64,000 nucleotides of DNA, taken from NCBI GenBank assembly GCA_963760795.1, contig CAVXEP010000004.1, positions 32,001 to 96,000 on the forward strand. The letters are read 5' to 3'. Below, piece after piece: positions 9,843 to 20,803 of the stretch (positions are counted from its first letter, which is position 1; every line of letters starts with the position of its first letter). The notes beneath the pieces are model-generated. The model made no database searches and had not been told where the DNA came from. It saw only the letters and a list, made by a program, of their open reading frames with translations. This DNA comes from an uncultured delta proteobacterium (GTDB taxonomy: Bacteria; Desulfobacterota; Binatia; UBA9968). The translations under genes were made by a program, and so were the position numbers.

Positions 9843-11021
9843 CTATTTGATCGCTTCGGCTTTTTGCAGTTCGGCAATGCGCGCTTTGCTCAACCCGAGT
9901 ATCTCGCCAAACACCTGATCGTTATTGACGCCGATCCACGGCGCCGGCCGCGCCGCATCGGCTTGCGACAGCGATGGAATGCCGGGCAAGCCATGATGGG
10001 TAATTTTGCCCCAGGGTTGCGCCTCGGTTTCGACGATGTGTCCGCGCGCGCGCAGGTGAATGTCATGAAACAGATCTTCGCCGGAGGATGGAATCCCGGC
10101 CGCCACACCGGCTTCTTGCAGCAAACGAAAAGCTTGTTTTGCCGTATACTTGCGTGTCCACTCGGAAAGTTTTCGATCAAGCTCGACACGATGCTCCTTG
10201 CGGCCTGCTTTGCTGGCGAACTTGGCGTCGGCGGCCCAAGCAGATTTGCCGATTAAACTCGCCATGCTTTGCCATTCCTGCATCGCTGGCGCAAGCGATG
10301 ATGATCCAGTTGTCCTCGCCCGCGCATGGATAAACACCGTAAGGCGCGTAGGGTGCGCCGAGGATTTCTTCATAGCCCATGGCGTCCCACTCGTTGCCGT
10401 TGACCGTGTAGTCGAGAATCGCCGGCCCCATCATGGCGCCCTGGGCTTCGAGCATGCCGGCTTCGATGAACTGTCCTTTGCCGGTGCGCGCTTGGTATTC
10501 GAGCGCGGCGAGCACGCCGAGCGCCATGGTCACCGAGCCGACACGATCGGGCCAGGCGATCTTGCAGCGCGTCTCCATCGGCGAGTCGGGATAGCCCCAC
10601 AAGCCGCATGATGCCGGTGTAGGCCAAGCAGCTGCCAACCCCAAGCGACCCAGGTCTTGAGCGGCCCGGTCAAACCCCAACCCGGCATGACGGCTTGGAC
10701 GATGCCGGGATTGATCTGCTGCAAGACTTCGTAGGAAAACCCCAAACGCTCGACGACGCCGGAGCTAAAGTTATCGACGACGACATTTGATTTCGCGACC
10801 AGCTGTTTAAATAGTTCTTTGCCCTCGGCGTTACGCAGATTGAGCGTGGCGCCGAGCTTCGCCCGGTTCATGCAGGCGTGCACCGCCGCTTCGCGCTCCT
10901 TGCTCGGAATCGTGCCGGTCTCGATCTTGAGCACTTCCATGCCGTAGTACGCCAGCAACTCGGTACCCAAAGGCCCGGCATATTGCTGCGTCAGATCAGC
11001 CATACGCAAGCCCTTGAGCAT
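9843..11021 (-). CDS. CoA-transferase family III (CaiB/BaiF), frameshifted near 10625, 10600 and 10275
   Basis: Fragments join into one protein: LKGLRMADLTQQYAGP..., WGYPD...GKGQFIE..APYGVYPC, ...APWIG. Confidence 0.8.
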
Positions 11022-11034
11022 CGGCTCGCGGGCG

Positions 11035-12240
11035 TTATCTTTGCTCTATTTTCCCGCTGTTGGCAGGCAATTTCTCAAGTTCAAGTAAAATCTCGTTGCG
11101 ATGCTGATCGAGCGTCGGCGCCGGCCGGCGCACGCGCATCGGTGTCAGCGACAGACGCATGGGCGCGCCCGGTGCTTTATATTTGCCGATCACCGGATGA
11201 TCGAGCTCCTGGATCCAATGGCGCTCAACGTTTTGTTGACAATTGACAAATTGGCCGATGGTATTGAGCGGCGCGCCGGCGAGATGATGCGCCTGGGCCT
11301 GGTTGGCGAACTCTTCGGCGCCAAACTGGCCGATGAATTCGGCGAACGCCTGCGCCACTTGGTCGGAATGCTCGTCGCGATAGCGCGGGTTCTCCCACTC
11401 CGGCCCGGCCAGCGCTTTGCTGGTCATCCAATTCTGCGCGAACTCCTTCCACATATGCGGCATGTTGGTGGTGAAGTGGACGTAGCCGCCGTCTTTGCAG
11501 CGATAGATGTTGGTGCCGGCGCCGCCGTAAGCCTTGCCGCCGGGACGCCGCTCCAAGCGGTTCTCGCGCGAATAGCGCGCCACGCTGCCGCTGTTGCAAA
11601 AGGTCAGCGCCTCTTGCAGCGACATGTCGATGCGCTGCCCCGCTCCGGTAACGCGAGCATGGCGCACGGCGGCCAACCCGAGCAGCGCCGCCATCGTCCC
11701 CGCCACCTGATAGGCGAGATGGCTCGGTGCCGTGCATTGGCCTTTGGTGTTGTCGCCCTGGCCGTAGAGAAAGCCGCCGGTCGCGTTGGCGATGGCATCG
11801 CTGCCTTTGTAATGACGATAGGGCCCGGTGCGGCCAAACGGCGTGATCGAGACGATCGCCAACTGCGGCCAGCGCGCGTGCAACGAATCGTCGGTAAAGC
11901 CGAACTTTTCCAGGTATCCAAGCGGGGTGGCTTCGACTAAAAGATTCGCCGACGCCAGCAGCTTGGCGCATACTTCGCGATCCGCCTCGCGTTCGAGATC
12001 GAGCATGATGCTGCGCTTGTTGGCGTTGGCGTTGATGAACGTCAAGCTGCGCTCAGGATCTTCGATATTGCCGGCGAACGGCGGCAGCAGCCGATTCGGA
12101 TCGCCGCCGGTTGGCTCGATCTTAATCACGTCAGCGCCAAGATCGGCCAACTGCCGCGTCGCGTAGGATGCCGGAATATCGCCCAGCTCGATCACCCGCA
12201 GATGGCCGAGCGCGGTTTCGTCGTGATTCGTGTCTGCCAA
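11035..12240 (-). CDS. CoA-transferase family III (CaiB/BaiF)
   Basis: LRVIEL, LADLGADVIKIEP, NANKRS, FGRTGPY. Confidence 0.92.
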   Translation of the reverse strand: MADTNHDETALGHLRVIELGDIPASYATRQLADLGADVIKIEPTGGDPNRLLPPFAGNIEDPERSLTFINANANKRSIMLDLEREADREVCAKLLASANLLVEATPLGYLEKFGFTDDSLHARWPQLAIVSITPFGRTGPYRHYKGSDAIANATGGFLYGQGDNTKGQCTAPSHLAYQVAGTMAALLGLAAVRHARVTGAGQRIDMSLQEALTFCNSGSVARYSRENRLERRPGGKAYGGAGTNIYRCKDGGYVHFTTNMPHMWKEFAQNWMTSKALAGPEWENPRYRDEHSDQVAQAFAEFIGQFGAEEFANQAQAHHLAGAPLNTIGQFVNCQQNVERHWIQELDHPVIGKYKAPGAPMRLSLTPMRVRRPAPTLDQHRNEILLELEKLPANSGKIEQR

Positions 12241-12276
12241 AATTTTACCTCGCTGGTAGAAATGGGAAATACTTTC

Positions 12277-12357
12277 TCACCACGAAGGACACGAAGAGCA
12301 CGAAGTTCGGATTGCCAATCCTCCGAAACCTTCGTGTCCTTCGTGCCTTCGTGGTGA
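12277..12357. repeat. CACGAAG-family palindrome (uninterrupted, empty target site)
   Basis: tcaccacgaaggacacgaagagcacgaag ... cttcgtgtccttcgtgcCTtcgtggtga. Confidence 0.9.
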
Positions 12358-12371
12358 AAGATCCGATTGGT

Positions 12372-13382
12372 TTACTTATTCAAATCCACCACAACTCTAC
12401 CGCGCACGCCGCCTTTGAGAATCTTTTCGATCTCGCCCTCCAGCCCTTCGAGGGAAACTTCTTTGACAATGCTCGACAGATCGACGCTCCATTCACCGGC
12501 AAGTTTGCTCCAGGCCATCTGGCGCGCGCGCATCGGGATCTCGACGGAATCGACGCCGAGCAGGCTGACACCGCGGAGAATAAATGGAAACACGTTGACG
12601 TTGAGATCGGCGGACATGGCATTGCCGCAGGCCGCCACCAGGCCGCCGTACTTCGCCGTCTTGAGCGCGGTGGCGAGAATGTTGCCGCCGACCGTGTCGA
12701 CGACACCGGCCCAACGGCCTTTTTGCAGCGGCCGACCGGACGTATCGTTGGCTTCTTCGCGCGAGATGATCGTCTTGGCGCCCAACTGGGTGAGAAACTC
12801 CTTCTCCTCCGCTTTCCCGGTTGCCGCGACGACGTTGAAGCCGAGCTTGGCGAGAATCGCCACGGCGAGACAACCGACACCGCCGGTGGCGCCGGTGACC
12901 AATACTTCCCCCGACTCTTTGGTCAACCCGCTGGCCATCAGTCGAATCAGACACAGTGCCGCCGTCAGACCCGCCGTGCCGTAACCCATGCTGTCGCGCA
13001 GCGACAGCGATTGCGGCACTTTGACCGCCCACAGCGCCGGCACGCTGATGTACTGGCCGAAGCCTCCCGAAGTATTCATGCCGAAATCGAATCCCGTCAC
13101 CGTCACCTGATCGCCGGCGGAGAACATTTGCGTCGTCGAAGTAGCGACCACACCCGCCGCGTCGATGCCCGGCGTATGCGGATACTTGCGCGTCACGCCT
13201 TTGTTGCCGCTCGCCGACAGCGCGTCTTTGTAGTTGAGCGACGAGTACTTCACTTCGATAATCAACTCGCCGGCCGGCAGATCGCCGAGCGCCTTTTGTC
13301 GAATCTCACGGACAAAGGTTTTCTCAGCCGTTTCGGAAACCACCATCGCTTTAAATGTTTGCGGTAAAGCCATCGATTGCAT
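12372..13382 (-). CDS. acuI: Acryloyl-CoA reductase AcuI/YhdH family
   Basis: YSSLNYKDAL, TPGIDAAG, GTAGLTA, VTGATGGVG, PFILRGVSLLGVDS. Confidence 0.85.
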   Translation of the reverse strand: MQSMALPQTFKAMVVSETAEKTFVREIRQKALGDLPAGELIIEVKYSSLNYKDALSASGNKGVTRKYPHTPGIDAAGVVATSTTQMFSAGDQVTVTGFDFGMNTSGGFGQYISVPALWAVKVPQSLSLRDSMGYGTAGLTAALCLIRLMASGLTKESGEVLVTGATGGVGCLAVAILAKLGFNVVAATGKAEEKEFLTQLGAKTIISREEANDTSGRPLQKGRWAGVVDTVGGNILATALKTAKYGGLVAACGNAMSADLNVNVFPFILRGVSLLGVDSVEIPMRARQMAWSKLAGEWSVDLSSIVKEVSLEGLEGEIEKILKGGVRGRVVVDLNK

Positions 13383-13475
13383 TCGCTCCTTGGAAAATTG
13401 ATTACACCAGCGGTATCCAATCAACCGGCGAACTGTCAAGGGCTGGAAGCTCAATAGCCGCGCGCAGCCACTCCG

Positions 13476-13560
13476 AAACGGCTTGAGCGTTTTGAACTGT
13501 TGGCACGGCTTGAACCATTTCGTTCCATACGTTCCAAACGTTCAAGTGGTTCAAATCGTT
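13476..13560. repeat. TTGAAC/GTTCAA 9-nt tandem palindrome
   Basis: ttgagcgttttgaactgttggcacggcttgaac ... gttccatacgttccaaacgttcaagtggttcaaa. Confidence 0.75.
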
Positions 13561-13621
13561 GGATGACGCCGCTTGATTTGGTTATCGAATTCGTAGCATT
13601 GTCGGACTGGAGGATTGAACA

Positions 13622-14740
13622 ATGGCAGAGAAAAAAACTGGCGGTCTCGAAGGCGTCGTTGCCGGCAGCACCGCGATCTCGACAGTCGGCAAACAAGGTG
13701 TCGGTCTAACCTACCGCGGTTATTCCATCGAAGACTTGGCCGCCCATTCGACATTCGAAGATGTCGCTTACTTATTGATCTATGGCCAGCTGCCCACGGC
13801 GGACGAACTGGACGAATATAAAGCGCGCCTGCGCAATCTGCGCGGCCTGCCGGCGACGCTGAAAACCGTTTTGGAACAAATCCCCGCCAGCGCCCATCCG
13901 ATGGATGTCCTGCGCACCGGCTGTTCGATGCTGGGAACTCTGGAGCCGGAGAACGCCGGCCGCACCCAGGTCGCGGTGGCCAACCGGTTGACCGCCTGCT
14001 TCAGCGGCATGCTGCTCTACTGGCACCACTACGTCACCAGCGGCACGCGCATTCACACCGAAACCGACGACGCCGATACCGCCGGCCATTTTCTCAACCT
14101 GCTGCACGGCAAAAAGCCCAGCGATCTGCACCGCCGCGCCATCGATGCGTCGCTGATTCTCTACGCCGAGCATGAGTACAACGCGTCTACGTTTACCGCG
14201 CGGACCATCACCGCCACGCTGCCCGACTTCTATTCCGCCGTCGTCGGCGGCATCGGCGCCCTACGCGGCCCGCTGCATGGCGGCGCCAACGAAGCGGCCA
14301 TGGAGCTAATCGAGGAGTTCTCGTCGCCTGACAACGCCGAAAAGGGCATGATGCAAATGCTCGCGGCGAAGAAGTTGATCATGGGCTTCGGTCATCGCGT
14401 CTATAAGCACGCCGATCCGCGCTCGGACGTGATAAAGAACTGGTCAAAAAAGCTTGCCGAGGCCAACGGCGACATGACGCTCTACACCGTCTCCGAGCGC
14501 ATCGAACAGGTCATGCGGCGCGAAAAGAAGATGTTTCCCAATCTGGATTTCTACAGCGCCAGCGCCTATCGCTTTTGCGGCATCCCGACGGCGATGTTCA
14601 CGCCGCTTTTCGTGGTCTCGCGCATCACCGGCTGGGCGGCGCATATCATCGAGCAGCGCGCCGACAATCGCTTGATCCGCCCCAACGCCGATTACAACGG
14701 CCCCGCGCAGCGGCCCTTCGTGCCGGTCGAGAAAAGATAA
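13622..14740 (+). CDS. prpC: 2-methylcitrate synthase
   Basis: GLEGVVAG, LTYRGY, HPMDVLRTG, AEHEYNASTF, GPLHGGANE, IMGFGHRVY, FPNLDFY; next to prpD and prpB. Confidence 0.92.
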   Translation: MAEKKTGGLEGVVAGSTAISTVGKQGVGLTYRGYSIEDLAAHSTFEDVAYLLIYGQLPTADELDEYKARLRNLRGLPATLKTVLEQIPASAHPMDVLRTGCSMLGTLEPENAGRTQVAVANRLTACFSGMLLYWHHYVTSGTRIHTETDDADTAGHFLNLLHGKKPSDLHRRAIDASLILYAEHEYNASTFTARTITATLPDFYSAVVGGIGALRGPLHGGANEAAMELIEEFSSPDNAEKGMMQMLAAKKLIMGFGHRVYKHADPRSDVIKNWSKKLAEANGDMTLYTVSERIEQVMRREKKMFPNLDFYSASAYRFCGIPTAMFTPLFVVSRITGWAAHIIEQRADNRLIRPNADYNGPAQRPFVPVEKR

Positions 14741-14744
14741 CCGC

Positions 14745-14821
14745 CGTTCAAGGTTCAAAGGTTCAAAAGTTCAAGGCCCCAGCCCCAACGTTGAACCCTT
14801 GAACGGTTGAACTTTTGAACG
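14745..14821. repeat. GTTCAA-family tandem palindrome
   Basis: cgttcaaggttcaaaggttcaaaagttcaa ... ttgaacccttgaacggttgaacttttgaacg. Confidence 0.9.
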
Positions 14822-14836
14822 AAATTGAGTGAAACC

Positions 14837-16280
14837 ATGAGCGAAGCTGTTTCAAACATCCGTCCTGAACCGGACAAGATATTAACTGACCTTGCCGATT
14901 ACGCGACGAGTTACGTCGCCACCAGCCGCGAAGCCATCGACACGGCGCGTTATGATTTAATCGATACCTTGGGCTGCGGCTTGCTGGCGCTGCGCTTTCC
15001 CGAATGCGCCAAGCATCTCGGTCCGGTGGTTCCCGGCGCGACGTTGACCAACGGCGCCCGGGTGCCGGGCACCGATTGGCAGTTGGATCCCGTGCACGCG
15101 GCGTTTAACATCGGCGCGATGATCCGCTGGCTCGACTACAACGATACCTGGCTCGCCGCCGAGTGGGGCCATCCGTCGGACAACTTGGGCGGCATCCTCG
15201 CCCTCGCCGACTACCTCACCCGCGCCAAGCAAAAATCTTTCACCGTCGCCGACGTCTTGCAGGCGATGATCAAGGCCCATGAAATTCAAGGCATCCTGGC
15301 GTTGGAGAATAGCTACAACCGCGTCGGTCTCGATCACGTCCTGCTGGTCCGCGTCGCCACCAGCGCCATCGCCACGGCGATGCTCGGCGGCACGCACGGG
15401 ACAAATCGTCAGCGCGCTATCCAACGCCTGGACCGACGGCGGCGCCCTGCGCGTCTACCGCCATGCGCCCAACACCGGGCCAAGAAAATCCTGGGCCGCC
15501 GGCGACGCCACCAGCCGCGGCGTGCGCTTGGCGCTGATGGCGCGGCAAGGCGAGATGGGCTATCCGTCGGTGCTCACGGCCAAGAGCTGGGGCTACTATG
15601 ATGTCCTATTCAAAGGCAAGCCGTTCACCATGGGCCGGCCGCTGGGCTCCTACGTGATGGAAAATGTTTTGTTCAAAATTTCTTTCCCCGCCGAGTTTCA
15701 CGCCCAGACCGCCGTCGAGTGCGCCGTGCAGCTGCATGAGCAAGTGAAGCAGCGCCTCGACCAGATCGACAAAGTCATCATCACCACCCAAGAGTCGGCG
15801 ATCCGTATCATCGACAAGTCCGGACCATTGCACAATCCCGCCGACCGCGATCATTGCATCCAATACATGACCGCCATCGGCTTGATCTTCGGTGCACTCA
15901 CCGCCGATCACTACGAAGACAAGATCGCCCGCGATCCGCGCATCGATTCGTTACGCGAAAAGATGACCTGCGTCGAAGATCCGCGCTATACGAAGGAATA
16001 TCTCGACGCCGACAAGCGCTCCATCGCCAACGCCGTGCAAGTTTTCTTCAAAGACGGCAGCAGCACCGACAAAGTCGCCGTCGAATACCCCATCGGCCAC
16101 CGCCGCCGCCGCGCCGAAGGCATGCCGCTGTTGGTGAAAAAGTTCGAGGCTAATCTCGGCTCACGTTTCGCGCCAGAGCAGTGCCAAGCGATTATGAAAT
16201 TGTGCAACGATCCGAAATCACTCGATGCCACACCGGTAGACAAATTCACAGATATGTTCGCGACCGGATCAGCGAAATAA
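14837..16280 (+). CDS. prpD: 2-methylcitrate dehydratase, one frameshift near 15398
   Basis: [20 protein letters not shown]; second frame [34 protein letters not shown]. Confidence 0.9.
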
Positions 16281-16295
16281 ATGCCGACTTAATTA

Positions 16296-16376
16296 CCCTC
16301 GCCCTTTGGGAGAGGGAAGGGTGAGGGCAAATCCGATTCGGTCGCCCTCACCTCAATCCTCTCCCAGTGGGAGAGG
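16296..16376. repeat. CCCTC(T)CCC...GGGAGAGG REP-like doublet
   Basis: ccctcgccctttgggagagggaagggtgaggg ... ccctcacctcaatcctctcccagtgggagagg. Confidence 0.8.
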
Positions 16377-16405
16377 AGGTAAGATTCTGAAACCGGAGGA
16401 GACCC

Positions 16406-17287
16406 ATGAATCCAAGACAAACCCTCAAACAACTGCTAAAGCGCAACAAACTCCTCGTCGCTCCCGGCTGTTTCGACGGCCTATCCGCCCGGCTCGTCCA
16501 GGAAGCCGGCTTCGAAGCCGCCTACTTGAGCGGCGGCGCCGTCGCCCGCAGCATGGGGATTCCCGATATCGGCCTGGTGACGATGTCGGAATCGATCGAC
16601 CGCGCCGTGCAAGTCGTCGCCGCAATCAACATTCCGATCATCGCCGATGCCGACACCGGTTACGGCAATGCGGTCAATCTGGTGCGCAGCGTGCGCGAGT
16701 TCGAACGCGCCGGCGTCGCGGCGATCCATATCGAAGACCAGATCACGCCCAAACGCTGCGGCCACCTGGACGGCAAAGAAGTTATTTCGCTGTCCGAGAT
16801 GGCGAAAAAGCTCGAAGCGGCTCTGGCGACGCGCACCGATCCCGACTTCTGCATCATCGCCCGCACCGACGCCCGCGGCGTCAACGGCTTCGACGACGCG
16901 GTCAAACGCGCCAATGCGTTTGCCAAGTTGGGCGTCGACGCGATCTTTTTCGAAGCGCCACAGTCCGAAGATGAACTCGCCGAAATCCCCCAGCGGGTGC
17001 CAAACATCCCGCTCTTGGTCAACGTCTTCAAAGGCGGCAAGACGCCGATGCTGCCGATGGAACGGCTGGAACAAATGGGCTACCGCATCGCCATCTATCC
17101 GTCAGAAACCCAACGCGCCGCCATCCACGCCATGCGCACGGCGCTGAGCACGCTCAAACGCGAAGGCACGACGGAATCCATCGACGCAGCGCTGACGACA
17201 TTCAAAGACCGCGACAAAGTCGTCGGCCTGGACGATTGGAATAAGATCGAGCGGGACTATATGGCTGTGGAAACCGGCAAAGATTAA
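16406..17287 (+). CDS. prpB: 2-methylisocitrate lyase / ICL-PEP mutase family
   Basis: DADTGYG, IEDQITPKRCGH, IIARTDA; follows prpCD. Confidence 0.8.
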   Translation: MNPRQTLKQLLKRNKLLVAPGCFDGLSARLVQEAGFEAAYLSGGAVARSMGIPDIGLVTMSESIDRAVQVVAAINIPIIADADTGYGNAVNLVRSVREFERAGVAAIHIEDQITPKRCGHLDGKEVISLSEMAKKLEAALATRTDPDFCIIARTDARGVNGFDDAVKRANAFAKLGVDAIFFEAPQSEDELAEIPQRVPNIPLLVNVFKGGKTPMLPMERLEQMGYRIAIYPSETQRAAIHAMRTALSTLKREGTTESIDAALTTFKDRDKVVGLDDWNKIERDYMAVETGKD

Positions 17288-17291
17288 ACGA

Positions 17292-17567
17292 CCCTCGGCT
17301 CGAAGCCGAGGGAGTTTGTTGCGTTGACTCGAAGTCGACTTTCGCTTTTTCGTCTTTCCGCGAAAGCATGTCCTGAGCGATGCCGAAGGGCGGGAATCCA
17401 GGTGACCGACCGCGTCCGTCATCCGTTGAAAAACGGTATCCAGATTCTCGGGATGGGGATGGACCCCGGTTTTCACCGGGTGACGATAGCGCCGGCATGA
17501 CGGAACTCCCGTCGCCTTAAGCACGTCCTGAGCTTAGCCTGTGCTGAGCTTAACCGAAGGATCGAAG
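17292..17567. repeat. Cluster of nested REP-like elements
   Basis: ccctcggc-tcgaa-gccgaggg hairpin; CGTC-type REP interrupted by catgtcctgagcgatgccgaaggg; tggaccccggttttcaccgggtgacg...gccggcatgacgg shared with 48931 and 27925. Confidence 0.75.
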
Positions 17568-17659
17568 CAGCGAGGGATTTCAACCATCCCCGAGCGGGAG
17601 ATTAACAATCGTCACAGCCGAGCGACTTGCCGATACTCCCTCAAACTGTCGCCTGTTGC

Positions 17660-18623
17660 CTATTTGATTACTTTATCCGCCTTCATCAACGTCCACTGCG
17701 GAATCGTCAGGCCAATTTGCTTCGCGGTCTTGAGATTGATCACAAAGTCAAATTTCGTCGGTTGCTCGACCGGCAGGTCGGCGGGTTTGGTACCTTTGAG
17801 TATTTTATCGACGAATGTCGCGGCGCGGCGAAAAATCGCAAGGTCGTTGGCGGAGTAGGACATCAGTCCGCCATTCTCGACCCAGTGCTGCCTTCGAACA
17901 TCGACGGCAGGCGGTGCTTGATGGCAAGATCGGCGATCCGCTTGAGTTACGAAAGAGCGGACTGTTGGTAATCGTGATGACGGCGCGCGCGTTGCCTTTG
18001 CGCGCGGCTTGGAATGCCCCTTCCAGGTCCGGGTCGCCCGGCCTCGCGCACTAATCGAGATCGACCCATATTCTTGAAACCAGCCACCGACACCGCCTCT
18101 TCCGCGTCCGCAGGATGCCGACGCGCGCTAACCGCGGCACCACCTCGGCAAGCAACTCCAGACGCTTTCCACTCAGCTCTCGCTGAAGCGTAGTGAGCCC
18201 GGTAACATTTCCACCGGGGTGCGCCAAGCTGTCGACCAACCCGGTCGCAACTGGGTCCACTTGAGTCACCATGACAATCGGGATCGTTTTGGTCGCCTGC
18301 TTAGCGGCGCGGATCGCTGACGAAGTGGCAGGACCAGGACATCGACCTTGAGTTGGATGAGCTCGGCAACCAGGCTTGGCACCGGCTCCGCCTTTCCGGC
18401 AGCGCCACGAAATTCGATGGCAAAGTTTTTACCCTCGATGTATCCCAGATCGCGCAGCCCTTGGCGCAACGCCGCGACGTATGGCCCTTGATTCGAAGCA
18501 TCGCCGGTTCCTGACAAGTAGCCGATGCGTGGGATCTTTGCTCTGATGGCTGAGCCTGGGCAAAAGTAGATGGTTCCCAGAACGACAGTCGTCACGCAGC
18601 CACAAACCGATTCTTCCCTTCAA
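17660..18623 (-). pseudogene. Degraded PF04392/K01989-type ABC substrate-binding protein
   Basis: Fragments KIPRIGYL, DPVATGLVDSLAHPGGNVTG, KILKGTKPADLPVEQPTKF in different frames; many indels. Confidence 0.8.
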
Positions 18624-18669
18624 CCTTTGCCTCCGTTCATTTTGCCGTTTGCCCTTTTTACTTTTGCCT

Positions 18670-19734
18670 TTACCGAATTACCTTTTTCGCCCGCGCCAGC
18701 ACATTCGGTGGGATCGTCACGCCGAGCTGTTTGGCGGTGACGAGATTAAACGCCAGCTCAACGTCATCGACGGTGTCGATTCTCAGCTCGGCCGGCGGCG
18801 TGCCACTGAGCACGCGCTGGACGTACTTCGCCGAGCGCCGGCCGATCTCGAAATAGCTCTGGCCGTAGCTCGCCAGCGCACCGCGCGCCACCACCACCTG
18901 ATCGTGAAACATCGTCGGCAGTCGCTTCGCCCGCGCCACTTCGACGATGCGCGGCGCTTGGCTCACCACCATGGGATCGGGCATATACAAGTAGGCGTCG
19001 AACTCGCCGGCCTTGAGCGCGTCGAGGGCGCCGTTTATTTCGTCGATCGATTTCACCTGGCGTTCGGCCAGCTTGATGTTCATGCGTTGCGCTTCCGCGC
19101 GCCCCAACTTGAACCCTTCGACGGCGATCGTGTTGCTGGGATCGTAAAAGGCCACGACCTGGCGCAGCTTGGGCAGAAACTCTTTGAGAATCTCCAAACG
19201 TTTGCCGGTGAGATCGCGCGCCAAATACTGAATGCCGGTGAGCCGCCCCCCCGGTTGGCCAAAGGATTTGGCGAAACCACTGGCGACCGGATCGCTGCCC
19301 ACCGCAAAGACGATGGGAATATTCTTGGTCGCTTTGAACGCGTCACCGGTAATCGGTGTCGTGTTGGTAAATATCAGCTTGACCTTTTCGCGCTCCAAGG
19401 TCTCGGCGACGCCTTGCGCCGACTTCAAATCGCCCTTGAGATCATGGACATCGAGGATGAACTGTTTGCCATCTTGCAGGCCCAACTCTTTCAACCCAGC
19501 GCGCAGGCCATCCACCAGCGTCGCAAAGACTTCGCCCAAGTGGATGACCCCGATGCGCTCAGGCTTCGCCGGCTGAGCCTCGACCAACGCCCCACCGAAA
19601 GCTAATGTCAAAGCGAGAGTGACAATCCCCACCCATTTTGCTCCGCGGGGAAGCCTTTGGTCTGCGGGGCCGCTTTTAGATTTCCGATTAGCTGAGGAAT
19701 AAGTCAAAAAAGGATTCAGCGATATTTCGTACAT
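18670..19734 (-). CDS. PF04392/K01989-type ABC substrate-binding protein
   Basis: PIVF...DPVASG...PGGRLTG, KRLEILKE, NLVTAKQLGVTIPPNVLARA. Confidence 0.9.
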   Translation of the reverse strand: MYEISLNPFLTYSSANRKSKSGPADQRLPRGAKWVGIVTLALTLAFGGALVEAQPAKPERIGVIHLGEVFATLVDGLRAGLKELGLQDGKQFILDVHDLKGDLKSAQGVAETLEREKVKLIFTNTTPITGDAFKATKNIPIVFAVGSDPVASGFAKSFGQPGGRLTGIQYLARDLTGKRLEILKEFLPKLRQVVAFYDPSNTIAVEGFKLGRAEAQRMNIKLAERQVKSIDEINGALDALKAGEFDAYLYMPDPMVVSQAPRIVEVARAKRLPTMFHDQVVVARGALASYGQSYFEIGRRSAKYVQRVLSGTPPAELRIDTVDDVELAFNLVTAKQLGVTIPPNVLARAKKVIR

Positions 19735-19770
19735 GAGTTTTTCCTCAATCCCCAATCCAAAATCTAAAAT

Positions 19771-20754
19771 TTATCTGATGACCCGATCCGCCCGCACCAG
19801 CACATTGGGCGGGATCGTCAGGCCGATCTGCTTGGCGGCTTTCAGGTTGACGATGAACTCGAACTTGATCGGCTGTTCCACGGGGAGATCGGCGGGCTTT
19901 GTGCCTTTTAGAATCTTATCCACATAGGTGGCGGCACGGCGAAACAAATCGGGAGTGTTAGTGCCGTAGTATATGAGGCCGCCGGCTTCCATAAATTCCG
20001 ATTGTGGGTATATCGCCGGGAGCCGGCTCGTTACCGCGAAATCTACCAGCTGTTTTCGGTGCGAAGTGAGTACTGCGTTCTCCAGCACTAGGACAGCATC
20101 AGCGCGCTCCTTGTTTGCGGCGCGGTATGCAGTCTCGATATCCTTGACATCTCGTACGTCTGAGTATTGAAGCTGCACAGCCAGTGCCCCAGCGGCGAGT
20201 TGCATCTCTTTTAACGCTTGTGCGTTGCCCGGATGGGTCGAGTTGCCGAACACCGCCACACGCGCGAGTCTCGGAATGATCTCCTTCAGAAGCTCCAGTT
20301 GCTTGCCGCTTATCTCCGGGTAGAGGGTAGACAATCCAGTAATGTTGCTGCCAGGCCGCGCAAGGCTGGCGACGAACCCGTTGCCGACAGGATCGTTATC
20401 AAACGCCATGACGATGGGAATCGCAATAGTTGCTGCCTTGGCGGCACGGGTCGATTGCGGACCACCCGAGACGATGAGGTCTACCTTGAGGCGCACTAAT
20501 TCAGCCGCAAGCGCGGCGATGCGATCAAGTTTTCCCTCTGCCGAACGCCACTCGACAACAACGTTCTTCCCTTCCACGTACCCAAGTTCGCGCAGACCCT
20601 GCAAGAAGGCCTCGATGCGGGTCGCGTTAGCGGAAAGGGAGGGCGTAGTCAAGTATCCGATCCGAGGGATTTTCGTCGGCTGCTGCGCTTCGGCGGCAAA
20701 GCACGGAGCAAGGAGTAACGAGCATAGAGCAAGGCCAACAATTTTGTTAGTCAA
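19771..20754 (-). CDS. PF04392/K01989-type ABC substrate-binding protein
   Basis: KIPRIGYL, LRELGYVEGKN, SLARPGSNITG, KPADLPVEQP. Confidence 0.92.
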   Translation of the reverse strand: MTNKIVGLALCSLLLAPCFAAEAQQPTKIPRIGYLTTPSLSANATRIEAFLQGLRELGYVEGKNVVVEWRSAEGKLDRIAALAAELVRLKVDLIVSGGPQSTRAAKAATIAIPIVMAFDNDPVGNGFVASLARPGSNITGLSTLYPEISGKQLELLKEIIPRLARVAVFGNSTHPGNAQALKEMQLAAGALAVQLQYSDVRDVKDIETAYRAANKERADAVLVLENAVLTSHRKQLVDFAVTSRLPAIYPQSEFMEAGGLIYYGTNTPDLFRRAATYVDKILKGTKPADLPVEQPIKFEFIVNLKAAKQIGLTIPPNVLVRADRVIR

Positions 20755-20803
20755 GGCGTATTCCCTTCTTCGCTGACATCCGCCTGCTGATCTCTGACTT
20801 CTG

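Noticed and set aside
14745-14821. Short tandem repeats as a CRISPR array
   Set aside because: Units are 7-9 nt with inverted arms, no unique spacers and no cas genes
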